Assembly: GCA_013265495.1 (NCBI GenBank)
Contig: MU058636.1
Location: forward strand, 2,542,001-2,606,000
Direction of reading: 5' to 3'
Source: Vicugna vicugna
Taxonomy: Eukaryota
Length of the DNA: 64,000 nucleotides
The notes under the pieces were generated by a model that was given only the letters and a program-made list of their open reading frames with translations, had not been told where the DNA came from and made no database searches. The first letter of the stretch is position 1. The number at the start of each line of letters is the position of its first letter. Shown piece after piece: positions 39,651 to 51,630 of this stretch. The translations under genes were made by a program, and so were the position numbers.

Positions 39651-42600
39651 AGTTGACATCAGAATAGATGGGAAGGGAAAACCTTTTAAGAATAAAACGC
39701 GGAGTAAAGGCAGCCCTAACAAGTCTACAGGCAAAAATCTACTGCTGATTCTGATGGGACTCAGCTGAAGGGCACGGACCTTGTGATTAGCTGGTTCATC
39801 TGTTTGCTTTTTAAGTTGATGGTAAAGATGAGGATGAATCATCTAGATTTTGTTGTTCTGCTATTTTGACCTTGGTTGATGTGGAATCTCAAGACTTCTG
39901 TCTGATTTATCCTTGTATGTGAGCACCCAGCACAAAGCTTGTCTTTCTGGATTTCCTACACTATGGAAAGGGGCTGTGTCCTTATCTGTATACATTCTTG
40001 TCCTTCCTTAATTCAGAAGCACATAAAATCGGGACTTCAAAGCACAGGTTCAGAAGTTGGAGAGCGTTGGGTGGTTTGGGTGGGTGAAGGCTCCAGCTGG
40101 AGTGAGCAGTGCAGTCGTGCAGCAGGTGCTGACTGGACACCCACTGTGTCCTGGGCTTCCGATTTCAAGACGCCTTTTCCTGGGACTTTCAGTCTGTCAG
40201 CTTCTGTTTGTCTTCTCCACTAGCTGTGGTTCTTCTGGAACTTCCCTCCACCCTTCTCCTGGGATGGATCGACATGTCCCACCTCTTTGGTTTCCTTGTT
40301 TGTTTGGCTGGAGTACATTGTCGGTAATTTCCTAAGAGAGAGTTCGAGGAAGGCAAATTTTCAGAGGTTTTGCCTTTCTGAAACTGCCTTTAGTCTGCAT
40401 TCACTCGATTAAATATAATTTTATAGGTTGAAAGTGATTCTCTTTCAAAACATGCAGACTTGCTCAAAAGAAACCTGGCACCAATCTGAGACGTAGTTTT
40501 TTTTGGACGGGGGTGGAAGACCTGCTTTTGTTTCTCTCTGGAAGCTTTAGAATCTCTCATCCTTAGTGTTTTCAAATTTTCCAGGTGTGTGTTTCGTCGT
40601 GTGTGTGTGTATGCATGCATTGTGTGTCAGAGAGAGAGAGAAGGAAAGACGGAGGAGGGACTAGGGATGAGAAGAATGAGAGCCAGAGCAAGTGGGTGGG
40701 ACACAGAGATCGAGACAGACACTTGGAGGTGGGGGACGGGGTAATTGGTTTATCTTGCGAAGCACTGGTTAAACGCTCAGTCCCAAGACTCGTGTCTCCC
40801 TTCAGCTGTGGGCAGTCATCTCACGTTCTTTACTTAATAGTTTCTACTTCTCTGTCGTCTCTTTCTTCCTAGAATTTCTGTTGTTTGGTTTTTGGACCCC
40901 ATCAAAGCAATGACTTGTGTTTAGTTTTTCTTACATGTTTTCTCTCACCTCATGCTTTTGCCTTCATTTCAAACAGTCTCACTGGACTGTATGTCCAAGC
41001 ACTTCTGTTGAACTGTTGTTTCGTGTTTTTAATTTCTATGGATGCCTTCTGGGTTTCTGACTGCTTCTTTCCATAACAGTTTGCTATTTATTGTTGCAAT
41101 ATCTTCCCAAATTTCTAAGTATCATTAGGTTTTTTTTTTTAAAAGCTATCTTTTGTTTTCTGAATTTTCTCTCTATTCTCAGGGGCCGGTTTTCTCTGTT
41201 CTGCTTAATTTTTGGTTGTTTATGGGATGCTGCAAGCTTTGCTCCAGTTCTGTGATCTTTCACTCTTGTTGAGCTGGATGAACTTGAAGTCCCTTTGCTC
41301 AAATTGTTTACAAGTCTGTTTCCTCTGCCCTGGGGCTCGGCCCGGGTGGGGAGGTGGGAGGTACACACCTGGGTGCCGGGCACCGTGGGAGCGGTGGGGG
41401 TTGCAGCGCATCTCCCTCGTTCCCTCTTCCCTCGGTGCTGTTGGGCCTCCTTCCAGGGGATGCGCCGCTGCGGCCCTGGCTGCGGGGCAGGGAGGTCGGC
41501 AGGCGCTTCCTCACTGCAGCGCTGCTGCCGTCTGCTGCAGAAGGCGCTTCTGCTCTGCCCTCCAGTGCGGGGCCGCCGTCCCTGCCCCACAGATTGTTGA
41601 AATACTTGGCTCAGTGAGTACCTGTCTCTTTTTGTCTCTCTTGTTCTAGGTTGAAATATGTAAAGTGCTTAATAGAAAGAGGTCAGTAGGTGTTAGCTGC
41701 CATTGTTCATTGTACCTCTTTACAATCAGATCACTCTCATTTTAAGGCATCTTTGGTAAGAAAGGATGAAAAAAAAAAACCCTATGTTCTGTCCACCACC
41801 TTGAGCTGGCAGTCTCCCTTTCTACTTAAATCTCGTCCCTGCAGTTTCTTGTCACTGCTCAGTATCGTAAAATGATTCTGTTCCCCGGTGTTGTGGAGGG
41901 ATCCCGAGAACTGTGCTCTTAAATGCACTCCATGGAAAGGACATGCTGTGTCATCATAATTTTCTGAGTTTTTTCCTTAGCCAACAGAGCCAAGTGCTTT
42001 GATTTTTTTCCTCTATTTGGCAAGGCTAAAGCCAGTTATCAGAAAACAGACGATTCAAGTGCGTTTGTGCATAAAAATATTGTTCCCTTCGATTAGCTTC
42101 GAGCCTCTAATGTCCCTGAGAATCACTAGTGTAAATAGGATCCAAGGGCTTTCTCCATCCACACGCACAACACAGCGGTTGAGAAGCAACCATAGATTTA
42201 GAGTCAGTTAAAAATAATGGACTAACTCTTCTAATTCTGTGAGATGTGCTCGTACAAGGTCACCTGTATTTGACATCTCTTTTTAAAGAGCTTCTGTTTA
42301 TAAGCAGATCTGTCCAGCAGAAGTACGACATTTGCAGTATTTACGTTACTTGTCCCTTCTGTTAATTTCTTCTTTCACGCCTGTTCCTGACCCCTCTCCT
42401 TCCTATTTCCTTTTCTTACACGAAGGCTTCGATTCATTTGTCCACCGACCAGCTATGTACACAGAGGTCAAATCGCCCTAGTGGGCATTTTATTCTAAGA
42501 CAGTGGGAGATATGTCACTGGGTATTTATGATTCTCTGGATTAAATACAGTCACTTTAGGTGACATAAGATTTTAGATTTGTTTACAGAAACACAGATGC

Positions 42601-43136
42601 AGATACTCACGTCAGAGTTATACTCTGAGAAGCCCCAAACAGTCTCCGTCTTTCAGATTATGATAAAGTAAAACACAAGATTTGGACCTCAGTAAAAGAC
42701 ACATCACCTCAATGGGTATCTTTGGTTTTGCAGATTATTCCGTGCTCGTCTAGCACAGTGTTCTGGTTTCGTCTTTAGACCAACCTCTCTGCAGCTAACT
42801 CCAAAAACGTTAAGCAAACCAGAGCAGAGCAGCTCTCCCGAGTTTCCTTTCAGGCCCGGATATTAAATACTGCCAGTGAGCCAGCAAGCTCAGTGCAGTT
42901 TCTCTTCTGCTCAGCGTTCCCGATGGTGGACAGACACACCTGTGACGAGGTTCGCAGGAGCCCAGCTCTAAGCCCCCACGACCTGTCACAGCTGCTCCTG
43001 GTCTTCATTTGGTGCCTCTCCGCGGTTTGCTTTGTTGCTCGCAGGGAGCGAGCCCTCCTACCACCAGCCGGTGTCCAGCCACTGTCGGAGAGCCTCTCAC
43101 AGGGCCCTTCTGCCTGCGGCTTACTTGCCTTCTTTT

Positions 43137-43978
43137 TTTTTACTTTCAAAAATTGACGTGTAGTCAGTTTACAATGTTGTGTCAGTTTCTGGTGTACAGC
43201 ATCATGTTTCAGTCCTGCATGTACACACATAGATTCATTTCCATATTCTTTTTATTATAGATTACTACAAGATTTTGAATATAGTTTACTGTGCCCTACA
43301 GTAGAAACTTGTTTTATACATAGTAGTTAGTGTCTGCAAGTCTCAAATTCCCAATTTAGCCCTTCCCACCTCCTTTCCGCCTTGGTAACCATAAATTTGT
43401 TTTCTAAGTCTGTGAGTCAGTTTCTGTTTTATAAATAAGTTCATTTGTGTATTTTTTAGATTCCATGTACAAGTGATATCATATGGTATTTTTCTTTCTC
43501 TTTCTGGCTTACTTCACTTAGTATGACGATCTCTAGGTCTATCCATGTTGCAGCAAATGACATTGTTTTATTCTTTTCATGGCTGAGTAGTACTCCACAC
43601 ACACACACCCCCACCACAGCTACTTTATCCAGTCATCTGTTGGTGGACATTTAGGTTGCTTACATGTCTTGACTTTTGTGAACAGTGCTGTTGTGAACAC
43701 TGGGGAAATGCAAATCAGAACTACAGTGAGGTATCACCCTAACACCAGTCAGAATAGCCATCACTAAAAAGTACACAAATGATAAATGCTGGAGAGGGTG
43801 CGGAGAAAAGGGAGCCCTCCTACACTGTTGGTGGGGATGTAGTTTGGTGCAACCATTATGGAAAACAGTATAGAAATTCCTCAAAAAACTAAAAATAGAC
43901 TTTTCTTGTGATCCAGCAATCCCATCTCTGGTCATATATCCAGAGGGAACTCTAATTCAAAGAGATACATGCACCTCA
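43137..43978 (-). mobile_element. L1 with 5' inversion (twin priming)
   Basis: 43137-43704 is L1 3' end on the - strand; 43705-43978 is the adjacent upstream ORF2 piece on the + strand; TSD gccttctttt / gcgttctttt. Confidence 0.88.
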
Positions 43979-45382
43979 GCGTTCTTTTAGAACTGAGAAA
44001 GATTTTCCTCAGGTCCCTACAGATTGTTTTCAAGTGTACCTGACTTCAGTGGGGCATGGCTTAACCATGGTGGTTCCCTTGGAAATTTTCAGGTAGGTAG
44101 GCCTTTTATTGTTCCTACAACAAAGGGGATTTCTCTTTACTCACCCTCCCTCTTCCCCACCCCCCACTCCCCAGGTAATCAATCAGCTAGATCTGCTGAT
44201 CTGACTTGAATACATCCTGCTCTGCTGGGTCCCTGCTCTCAGCCTCCTGACTTCTCTCCTTACTGCCTCCCCTCCCCACTGATTTCCTGCCTCCAGCCCA
44301 GACCTGCTCCAGCCCAGCCTCCGCACAGCAGATCAGTCCCTGTTCTCCCTCCTTGAACGATCTTTATGACTCTGCATTGCTGTCGGGAGAAGGACCAAAG
44401 ATGAAATGTCAACCATTTCTTCCAGCCTAACTCTCCCCGCCCAGATCAGGCTGTCCTGCCTTCCTCCAGCAGCTTCTTCCCTGAACCGCCCTCTTCCTGC
44501 TCTGTCTTGATCCCGACTCGCTCCGTGTGTCCTTTATGACCCAGCTCAAGTTTACCTCTTCTCAGAGCCCATTCCTTGTTCAGCCCTGGCTGGGCTCAGG
44601 CCCCCTCCTGCCACACATTTTATTGTGATTTTCTGTGTGTGCGTCTGCTGCTGGTATCAGGCCTCCCTGATTTTTCTTTTGCAAGAATTAGCATGACATC
44701 CGTTGTCTGCTCAATGGGTGTTTCTTGAACTCGGCTGAACTGAGTGGAGCCAGAGGATCTACAGTTCTCATCTCTCTTCCTTCTTCTGCTTCTTCATTTT
44801 CACTCTCCTCGAGGCAGTTTTCGCTCTCTGACCCTGCGGGCTGGCCTCGGTGGCTGCGCCTGCACCCCACGCGCCTCCCTTTGCGCCATCTGCCTTCTGG
44901 ACTGAGGAGGGCTGGTCTTGTCATCCATCTCCTGCCGAATTTCCTGTATCTTCTATCTTGCCTCTTTATTTTTCTTCCCGGGAGCTAGATAACTAGCTAG
45001 CTAGCCCTAATACTCTCTCTCTCTCTCTTTTAAATAACAGCTTTATTGTGATATAATTCATATACCCCACAATTCACCCATTTACAGCATAAATTCAGTG
45101 GTTTTAAGCCTCTTCAAAGAGTTGTGTATCCAACAGCACAGTCAATTTTAGGACATTTTCCTGACTCCAGAAAGAAAGTACCCATTATCAGACCCTCCTC
45201 ATTTTCTCTGAACTCCAGCCTCTGGCAACCACGAATCTACTCTCTGTCTCTCTAGATTTGCCTTTGCCGGCCACTTCATGTAATGGAATCATCACATATG
45301 TGTCTTCTGTGTCTGACTTCCCTCACTTGCCTTCACGTCTTCACGGCTCCCCCACGCTGTAGCCCGGGCCAGTTCTCCAGCC

Positions 45383-45896
45383 CGGCGTTGGCCCGCTCTG
45401 GCTGTCAGAGCAGCACACCACTGGCTGGGTGGCTGCACAACAGGAATCTATCTGCTCACTGTTTCAGGAGCTAGAAGTCTGAGACCCCAGTGCCAGCAGG
45501 GTTGGTTTCTAATGAAGCCTCTCTCCTTAGTTTGCAGACAGTCCCCTTCTCACTGTGTCCTCTCTGTGCATGTGGAGAGACAGAGAGAGCTCCCTGGTGT
45601 CTCTTCCTCTTCTTACAAGGACACCAGTCCTATCAGATTAGGGCCCCACTCTTATGACCTCATCTAACCCTGGCGGGGGTAGGGTGTAGCTAAGTGGTAG
45701 AGTGCATGCCTAGCATGCACAGAGTCCTGGGTTCAATCCCCAGCACCTCCATCAAAAAAATAAATAAGTAAGTAAACCTAATTACCTCCCTCTGCCATAA
45801 AAAAAAATTAACCCTAATGACCTCCTTAAAGATCTGTCTTTAAATACAGTCATATTGGGGGTTAAGGCTTCAACATATACAGTTCAATCCATAACA
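45383..45896. mobile_element. MLT1 (ERVL-MaLR) solo LTR
   Basis: ctagaagtctgagacc...tcttacaaggacaccagtcctatcagattagggcccc...ttcaatccataaca. Confidence 0.85.
45675..45807 (+). mobile_element. Vic-1-type tRNA-derived SINE inside the MLT1
   Basis: A/B boxes, taaacctaattacctccc, poly-A; TSD TAACCCT at 45665-45671 and 45809-45815. Confidence 0.9.
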
Positions 45897-47139
45897 ATCC
45901 CTTTTTATTACTAATAATATTCCATTATATGGATATATCACAGTTTATTTATAAAAGTATCAGTTGATGGACATTTAAGTAGTTTTAACCACTTTTTGGC
46001 TGTTATTAATAATGCCACCATAAATATTTATATACAAGTTTTAAAAATAGGTATTTCTTTTTATTTTTCTTAGATGTACACCCAAGAGTAGGATTGCTGG
46101 GTCATATAGAGAATTCCGTATTTAACCTTTTGAGGAACTGCCAGACTGTTTTCCAAAGTAGTTGTCCCATTTTACATTCTGAATATCAGTGTCTGAGACT
46201 TCTAATTTCTCCACAGCCTCTCCAACACACTGTTATTATCACTTTTTAATTATAAACATCTTCTTGATTTGAAATATCATCTCATCATGGTTTTGATTTG
46301 CATTTCCCTAATGACTTGTGATGTTGAGCATGTGCTTATGAACTTATTGGATAATTCATGTTTTTATTGGCAGTTTGTATGTCTCCTTTGGAGATTTGTC
46401 TATTCAGATCCTTTGCCCATTTTTAAATTGGGTTGTCTTTTTATTGTAAAGTTTCAGGCGTCCTTTATACGTTTGCAATATGAGTCCTTTATCACTTGTA
46501 TGATTTGCACTATTTCTCCCCATTCTGTTAATGTCTTTTCACTTTCTTGATTGAGTCCTTTGAAATAATAAAGTTTTGAATTTTGATAATGTTCGGTTTT
46601 TCTAGTTTTCTTCTTTTGCTTATGCCTTGCTGTCATATCTAAGAGTCTTTGCCTAACTCAGGTTCATGAAGATGTATGCCTACATTTTCTTCTAAGCGTT
46701 TCACAGTTTTATCACCTAAATTTGATTCTCTCATCCGTTTGAGTTAAGTTTTGTGTATGGTGTGAGTTAGGGGTTCAGCTGCATCCTTTTGTTTGTGACT
46801 CTTCTATTATCCCAGCCCAGGAGCTTCTCTTTTAAATGTTAATGACTTGGTTTTGCTGAGATGTTGAAATTAGCCTCAGTTATTAGAGAATTTGCCCTGC
46901 CCTCTGGTTGGAGCTTGCTTCATATTGTTACTCTAGACATGTCTGTCACATTTTCATCACACTTCACATTCAGGGGCTTTTCCGCCTATACCTGGATTCT
47001 CAGCTATTCTGTAAGTGTTCAAGTTGCTAAGCCTGAGAGGCAAAAATGTAGGGTAATCAGCCATCTTGGTTTGCTTGGTGCTAGGGATTTCCCAAGATGT
47101 GAGACTTTCAGAGCTAAAACTGGGGCAATCTCTGTGTAA

Positions 47140-47590
47140 AGCTGAGGCATCACTGTCCTGGCAGAGAGAATGCCCACTGAACTGAGCCTTGACCTCAAAT
47201 CCAGAGTCAAATGTTAGCCGAGCTGCGGTCGTCTGAAAGCTGGGGGCTCAAGGGCTCATTTCCAAGGTGGCTATCGTGTAGCTAATAAGCTGGTGTGGCA
47301 GGAGGCCTCAGTTTCCCCCGTGCGGTCTCTGTACAAGGCTGCCTGAGTGTTACCACGTGGTGGGTGGCTTTCCCCAGAGCGAGTGATCCCGGAGATCAAG
47401 GGGGAAGCGGGAGTGCCTTTCACAATATAGCTGAAAACGTTTTACGCCTTCAGCGTTCTCCCAGTCACACGTTAGCCCTGACTCGGGGCGGGAGGGAACC
47501 GCGCAAGGGCGTTACCGAACGCCCGGCGGCGAAGGTCGCCGCTGGGGGAGGGCGTCTGGGAGGCTGGCTGCTGCCGCCGGCTCTCTGGCC
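47140..47590. mobile_element. Older MLT1 (E/F/G-like) LTR
   Basis: ggcctcagtttccc...ggctgcctgagtgt...ggctttccccagagcgagtgatcc. Confidence 0.6.
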
Positions 47591-49429
47591 TCTGATGGTC
47601 TATGCCTCTCCCACATGCAGGAAACACCTCCACCAGCGGTCCGCCACGTCTCATCCTTCGTAGCGTCAGTTCAGTATCCAGGATGCCATCGTACGAGTCA
47701 GGCCCAGGAGTGAAGGAAGCTACTTAGGTGTGATGAGGTACAGCGTCTTGAAGACAGTTCCTCTTGAGCCAAAAACCTGTTTTCTCCCCGCTTTGGTGGC
47801 GAGATGCTTTTTGCACTTGCAACAACAGTGACATTAATGATAACAGTGGTAGCACTGTCCCTTCTTAGGTGTTTGCTACATACCAGGCGATAGGATACGC
47901 CTTTTAGATGCAGTTCCTTGTCTCTCATTATAATGGGCAGATAGTTTTGTCCTCATTTTTAATGAGGAAACTGGTTCCGAGAGCTTGAGTCTGGCCTGAG
48001 GTTATACACTTGATGTTACCGTCAAACCCAGATCTTTAGTACCATCCTGAAATGTGCCACTTGCCCTGCTTTGTTTAATTATGCCCTTCTTTTTTCTCCT
48101 GTGAGATGGTTGCAGCTTTAATGTGAAACAGTTTTGCTTACTGGTTCCCCGTGTGAAAGAAACTTGTTAAAAGAGCTGCCATTTATTCTTCTTCCTGAGT
48201 AAGATGAGAGAGGCATTGCTCCTCACCCATCTGACAAAGCAAACCACCTCTCTACAAAACGTGAAGGAAGGCGCTGGTTTTAAGAGCAACTCGGAAGAAC
48301 TGTAGTAAAATTTTAAACCATAGTTTGATTGAAATCATGTATTGCTCTGTGCACGTAAATAGCCAGAAAAGAAAAAAACACTTCAGACATAAAATAAGGA
48401 AAACATGGGCCTTGAATAAAAACTCCGAGTCATCCTCCTTGCTGATTTTGCCTTTCTTAGGTCCTTTTTTCCCACAGTGCTAGGTCTCACCTCTGTTCTG
48501 GCCCTGATCTCCCCTTCTCCTAGGCTGTGGGTCTTTATGAGCAAGGACCTGTGCTCCCATAGGTTGTCAGCCCCACCTGGGGACCACCACGCCTTTGTTT
48601 CTGAATTTCCCTCAGGGCCTTGTAAAGAGCCTTGCCCGTGGCGGTGTCTGTGGATGCATCCTGAATTGGTTTGATACACATTTACATTCAAAGTCTTTAT
48701 TTTACTGCCTGAGATGTTGAGAATGTTGGACAATTATGAATGGACCTTTATCAATATAATATTGAACCATAAAGCACTATAATCTGATTCTAGTTGATTG
48801 AGCTATTTCTAGCATCACAGTCATATTTAAAGGAGAATCAATACAAAAGGGAAAAAAGATAAGAACAAATACAACTTTTCATGTCTCATTGAAATGTGAA
48901 GATTTGCATTCTTCAAAGGATTTATCTTTCAAAAGAAAAATGGTGTTTCTTTGAAAGAGCAACACATCTTTTAAGCATTCAATAGCAGCAAAATCTCTTT
49001 TGTTGTTCAAACAGGAATTTGTATCTTTTTTTTTTTTGGCAAAATCTTGACAGACTATAAAGACTTGATGAAAACAAAAGAAATGAGCCCACTTAAGCTC
49101 CTTTGCATAGGATTTGGATATCTGATCCTAGAGGATTTTTTAAATGTTTGTTAATTTTTGAAGTTATTTGAATTAAGTTCCCCATTATGGTTATATTCGT
49201 TTGGAAGGGCCTTTGATCTGCTATCCGGAACATTTCTCCCATCTGCCAGTTAGAAAGGGTTTTTGTGGAAGACTCACAGTGACAGACCAAGTTCTCTGTC
49301 ACAGGCCCTTTGAAAGTGAAGGTATGGATAGAGACTGGAAAGATCACCATTGTCCTAGCTTACTGTAATCCTGTTACTGGACTGAAGACAAGAATTATTT
49401 TTTCTTTTTTTAAAAAAATTCTGTTTTAA

Positions 49430-49900
49430 TATAGCAGCTTTATTGCTATATAATTCAGATACTCTAGAATTCACCCTTTGAAAGGATACAGTTCAGTGGT
49501 TTTCAGTCTATTCACAGAAATAGTGCCACCATCACCACCACCAATTTTAGAACCTTTCCATGACCCCCAAAAGAAAGAAACTCCGTGCCCATTATCAGAC
49601 CCTCCTCATTTTCCCCGAACTCCAGCCCCTGGCAACCACTGATCTACTCTCTGTCTCTATAGATTTGCCTATTCTGGATGTTTCATATAATTGAATCGTA
49701 CAACGTGTGGCCTTTTGTGTCTGGCTTCTTTCACTTGCCTTAGTGTTTTCCAGCTTCACCCGTATTGTAGCCTGTACCAGCACTTCAGTCTTTTTATGGC
49801 TGAAAAATAAGACTGGGCACTGGCCTTCCACACTGTGTTCATACGTTCATCAACTGATGCACAAATGCATTGTTTCTACTTTTTTGTCTCTTACGAATAA
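49430..49900 (-). mobile_element. L1MB-like 3' end
   Basis: cagctttattgctatataattcagatac...ctggcaaccactgatctactctctgtctctatagatttgcctattctgga. Confidence 0.85.
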
Positions 49901-49942
49901 TGCTCACTTCTCTCTCTCCATCTTTCCTCCCTGCACCCTGGC

Positions 49943-50000
49943 TTTTTTTTTCCTTTTTTTTTTTTTTTTTTTTTTTTTCCTGGGGTTTTTTTTTTTCTTT
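49943..50000. repeat. Interrupted poly-T tract
   Basis: Direct reading. Confidence 0.9.
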
Positions 50001-50499
50001 CCTGGGGATTCTCTCTGCTCTGCTTATATTCCCCTCCCCATGGCAATGGCTGCTTCATGGGGTTTAAGGACCCTGGTCTTCAGTAGCATCTGGATTGACC
50101 CCTTCGCTGTCCACAGAGATGCCATGGGCGTTTCCCTCCCTCATCCTGAGGACCAGGACTTTTGCTGCGACAGCAGCGTAGGCAGCAGCGGCAACAGAGG
50201 CATTCAGGGTCCTGCCGAGCCGTCTGCCCTTTGGAGTGCAGCCCTCAGCACTTCACCTACTGGCTTTGTGGGGGGGTTTGGGGTTTTTTTTTTTTGTCTT
50301 TTTCTTTCTCCCTAATGACTGCATTTTCATGAGTGACCACCTGGTGGGCCTGTGTATCGGACAAAGTAGTCTGTCCCCTGAGCCAAGCACAAGTCATATC
50401 TCCATTCTAAGGTGTACACGTAGGTCCAGGCTAAGGTACATGACCAAGGCCCCTCGAAAGGCCCCCCATCCCCATATTCCTGTTCCTAAAAACCAGTTG

Positions 50500-51165
50500 A
50501 TTTTTTTTTTAATTGAAGTACAGTCAGTTACAATGTGTCAATTTCTGGTGTACAACACAGTGTCCCAGTCATACATATACATACGTATATTTGTTTTCAT
50601 ATCCTTTTTCATTAAAGGTTGTTACAAGATATTAGACATAGTTCCTTATGCTATGCAGAAGAAATTTGGTGTTTTAATCTGTTTTTATATATAGTGGCTA
50701 ACATTTGCAAATCTTGAACTCCCAAATTTATCACTTTCCACCCCCTTCCCCCTGGTAACATAAGATTGTTTACTGTGTCTGTGAGTCTGTTTCTGTTTTA
50801 TAGATGGAGTTCGTTAGTGTCTTCTCTTTTTATCTTTTTAAGATTCCACATAACAGTGATATCATATGGTACTTTTCTTTTTCTTTCTAGCTTACTTCAT
50901 TTAGAATGACACTATTTAGATCCAACCATGTTGCAGCAAATGGCATTATTTTATACTTTTTTATGGCCGAATAGTATTCCATTGTATATATATATACTAC
51001 AACTTCTTTATGTGTGTACATCTTTATTACATGTACATCTTAGAATGGAGATATGACTTGTGCTTGGCTCAAGGGACAGATTACTTTGTCATATGGTGAT
51101 TCTACTTTCAGTTTTTTAAGGAATCTCCCTACTGTTTTCCATAGTGGTTGCACCAAATTACTACA
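50500..51165 (-). mobile_element. Lineage-specific L1 3' fragment with an internal non-L1 insertion
   Basis: tttttttttaattgaagtacagtcagttacaatg start; L1 resumes at 51091 with atatggtgattctactttcagttttttaaggaatctcc. Confidence 0.9.
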
Positions 51166-51432
51166 CCTTTCTTTATGACCATATAATGAGGCTAATTGTC
51201 AGGACTGGTCTTGTCTGCCTGCTGTCTCTCCTCCTCTTTGAATTCTCTGAGGCACCTGGCCTGCAGTGAGGGCCCTTTCTCATAAAGATGTATTTGTGAA
51301 TGTGCTGAATTGGGCCCTGAAAGAGTAACTGTGGTCTGTTTATGATAGAGCTGGATTAGTATTCACCATCTGTGTATTCTCTATCTTGCTATCAACTGAG
51401 ATTTTTTGTTTGTTTGTTTGGGTTCACTTTAG

Positions 51433-51630
51433 CAGACTTATAGAAAGCTTCCAGTTCAAATGCCGCAAAATCCAACCTACCAAAATCTGGACTTCGTCCT
51501 CCTGGTTACTCGCGTCTCCCTGCAGCCAAGCTGGCGGCCTTTGGCTTCGTCCGGAGCTCCAGCGTGTCCTCCGTGTCCAGCACACAGTCTGTGGACAGCG
51601 CCCAGCCTGAGCCCAGCCGGTTGGCCAACC
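51433..51630 (+). CDS. MTUS2: MTUS2 third coding exon (198 nt, phase 1 to 1), containing an in-frame TAG at 51441-51443
   Basis: Acceptor cactttAG|CAG; translates (A)[64 protein letters not shown]; donor C|GTAAGT. Confidence 0.93.

Larger units (their letters stand above)
45030..46820 (-). mobile_element. L1MB-like element interrupted by an MLT1 LTR
   Basis: aacagctttattgtgatataattcatat start; resumes at about 45897 with aatattccattatatggatat...ttttgaggaactgccagactgttttccaaag. Confidence 0.85.

Noticed and set aside
49707..50315. 202-aa ORF with poly-Phe
   Set aside because: Built from antisense L1MB and a poly-T tract.
21256..51630. Calling MTUS2 an established pseudogene
   Set aside because: Only one disabling change is visible in about 880 codons and all splice sites are canonical; an error or a recent allele is at least as likely.
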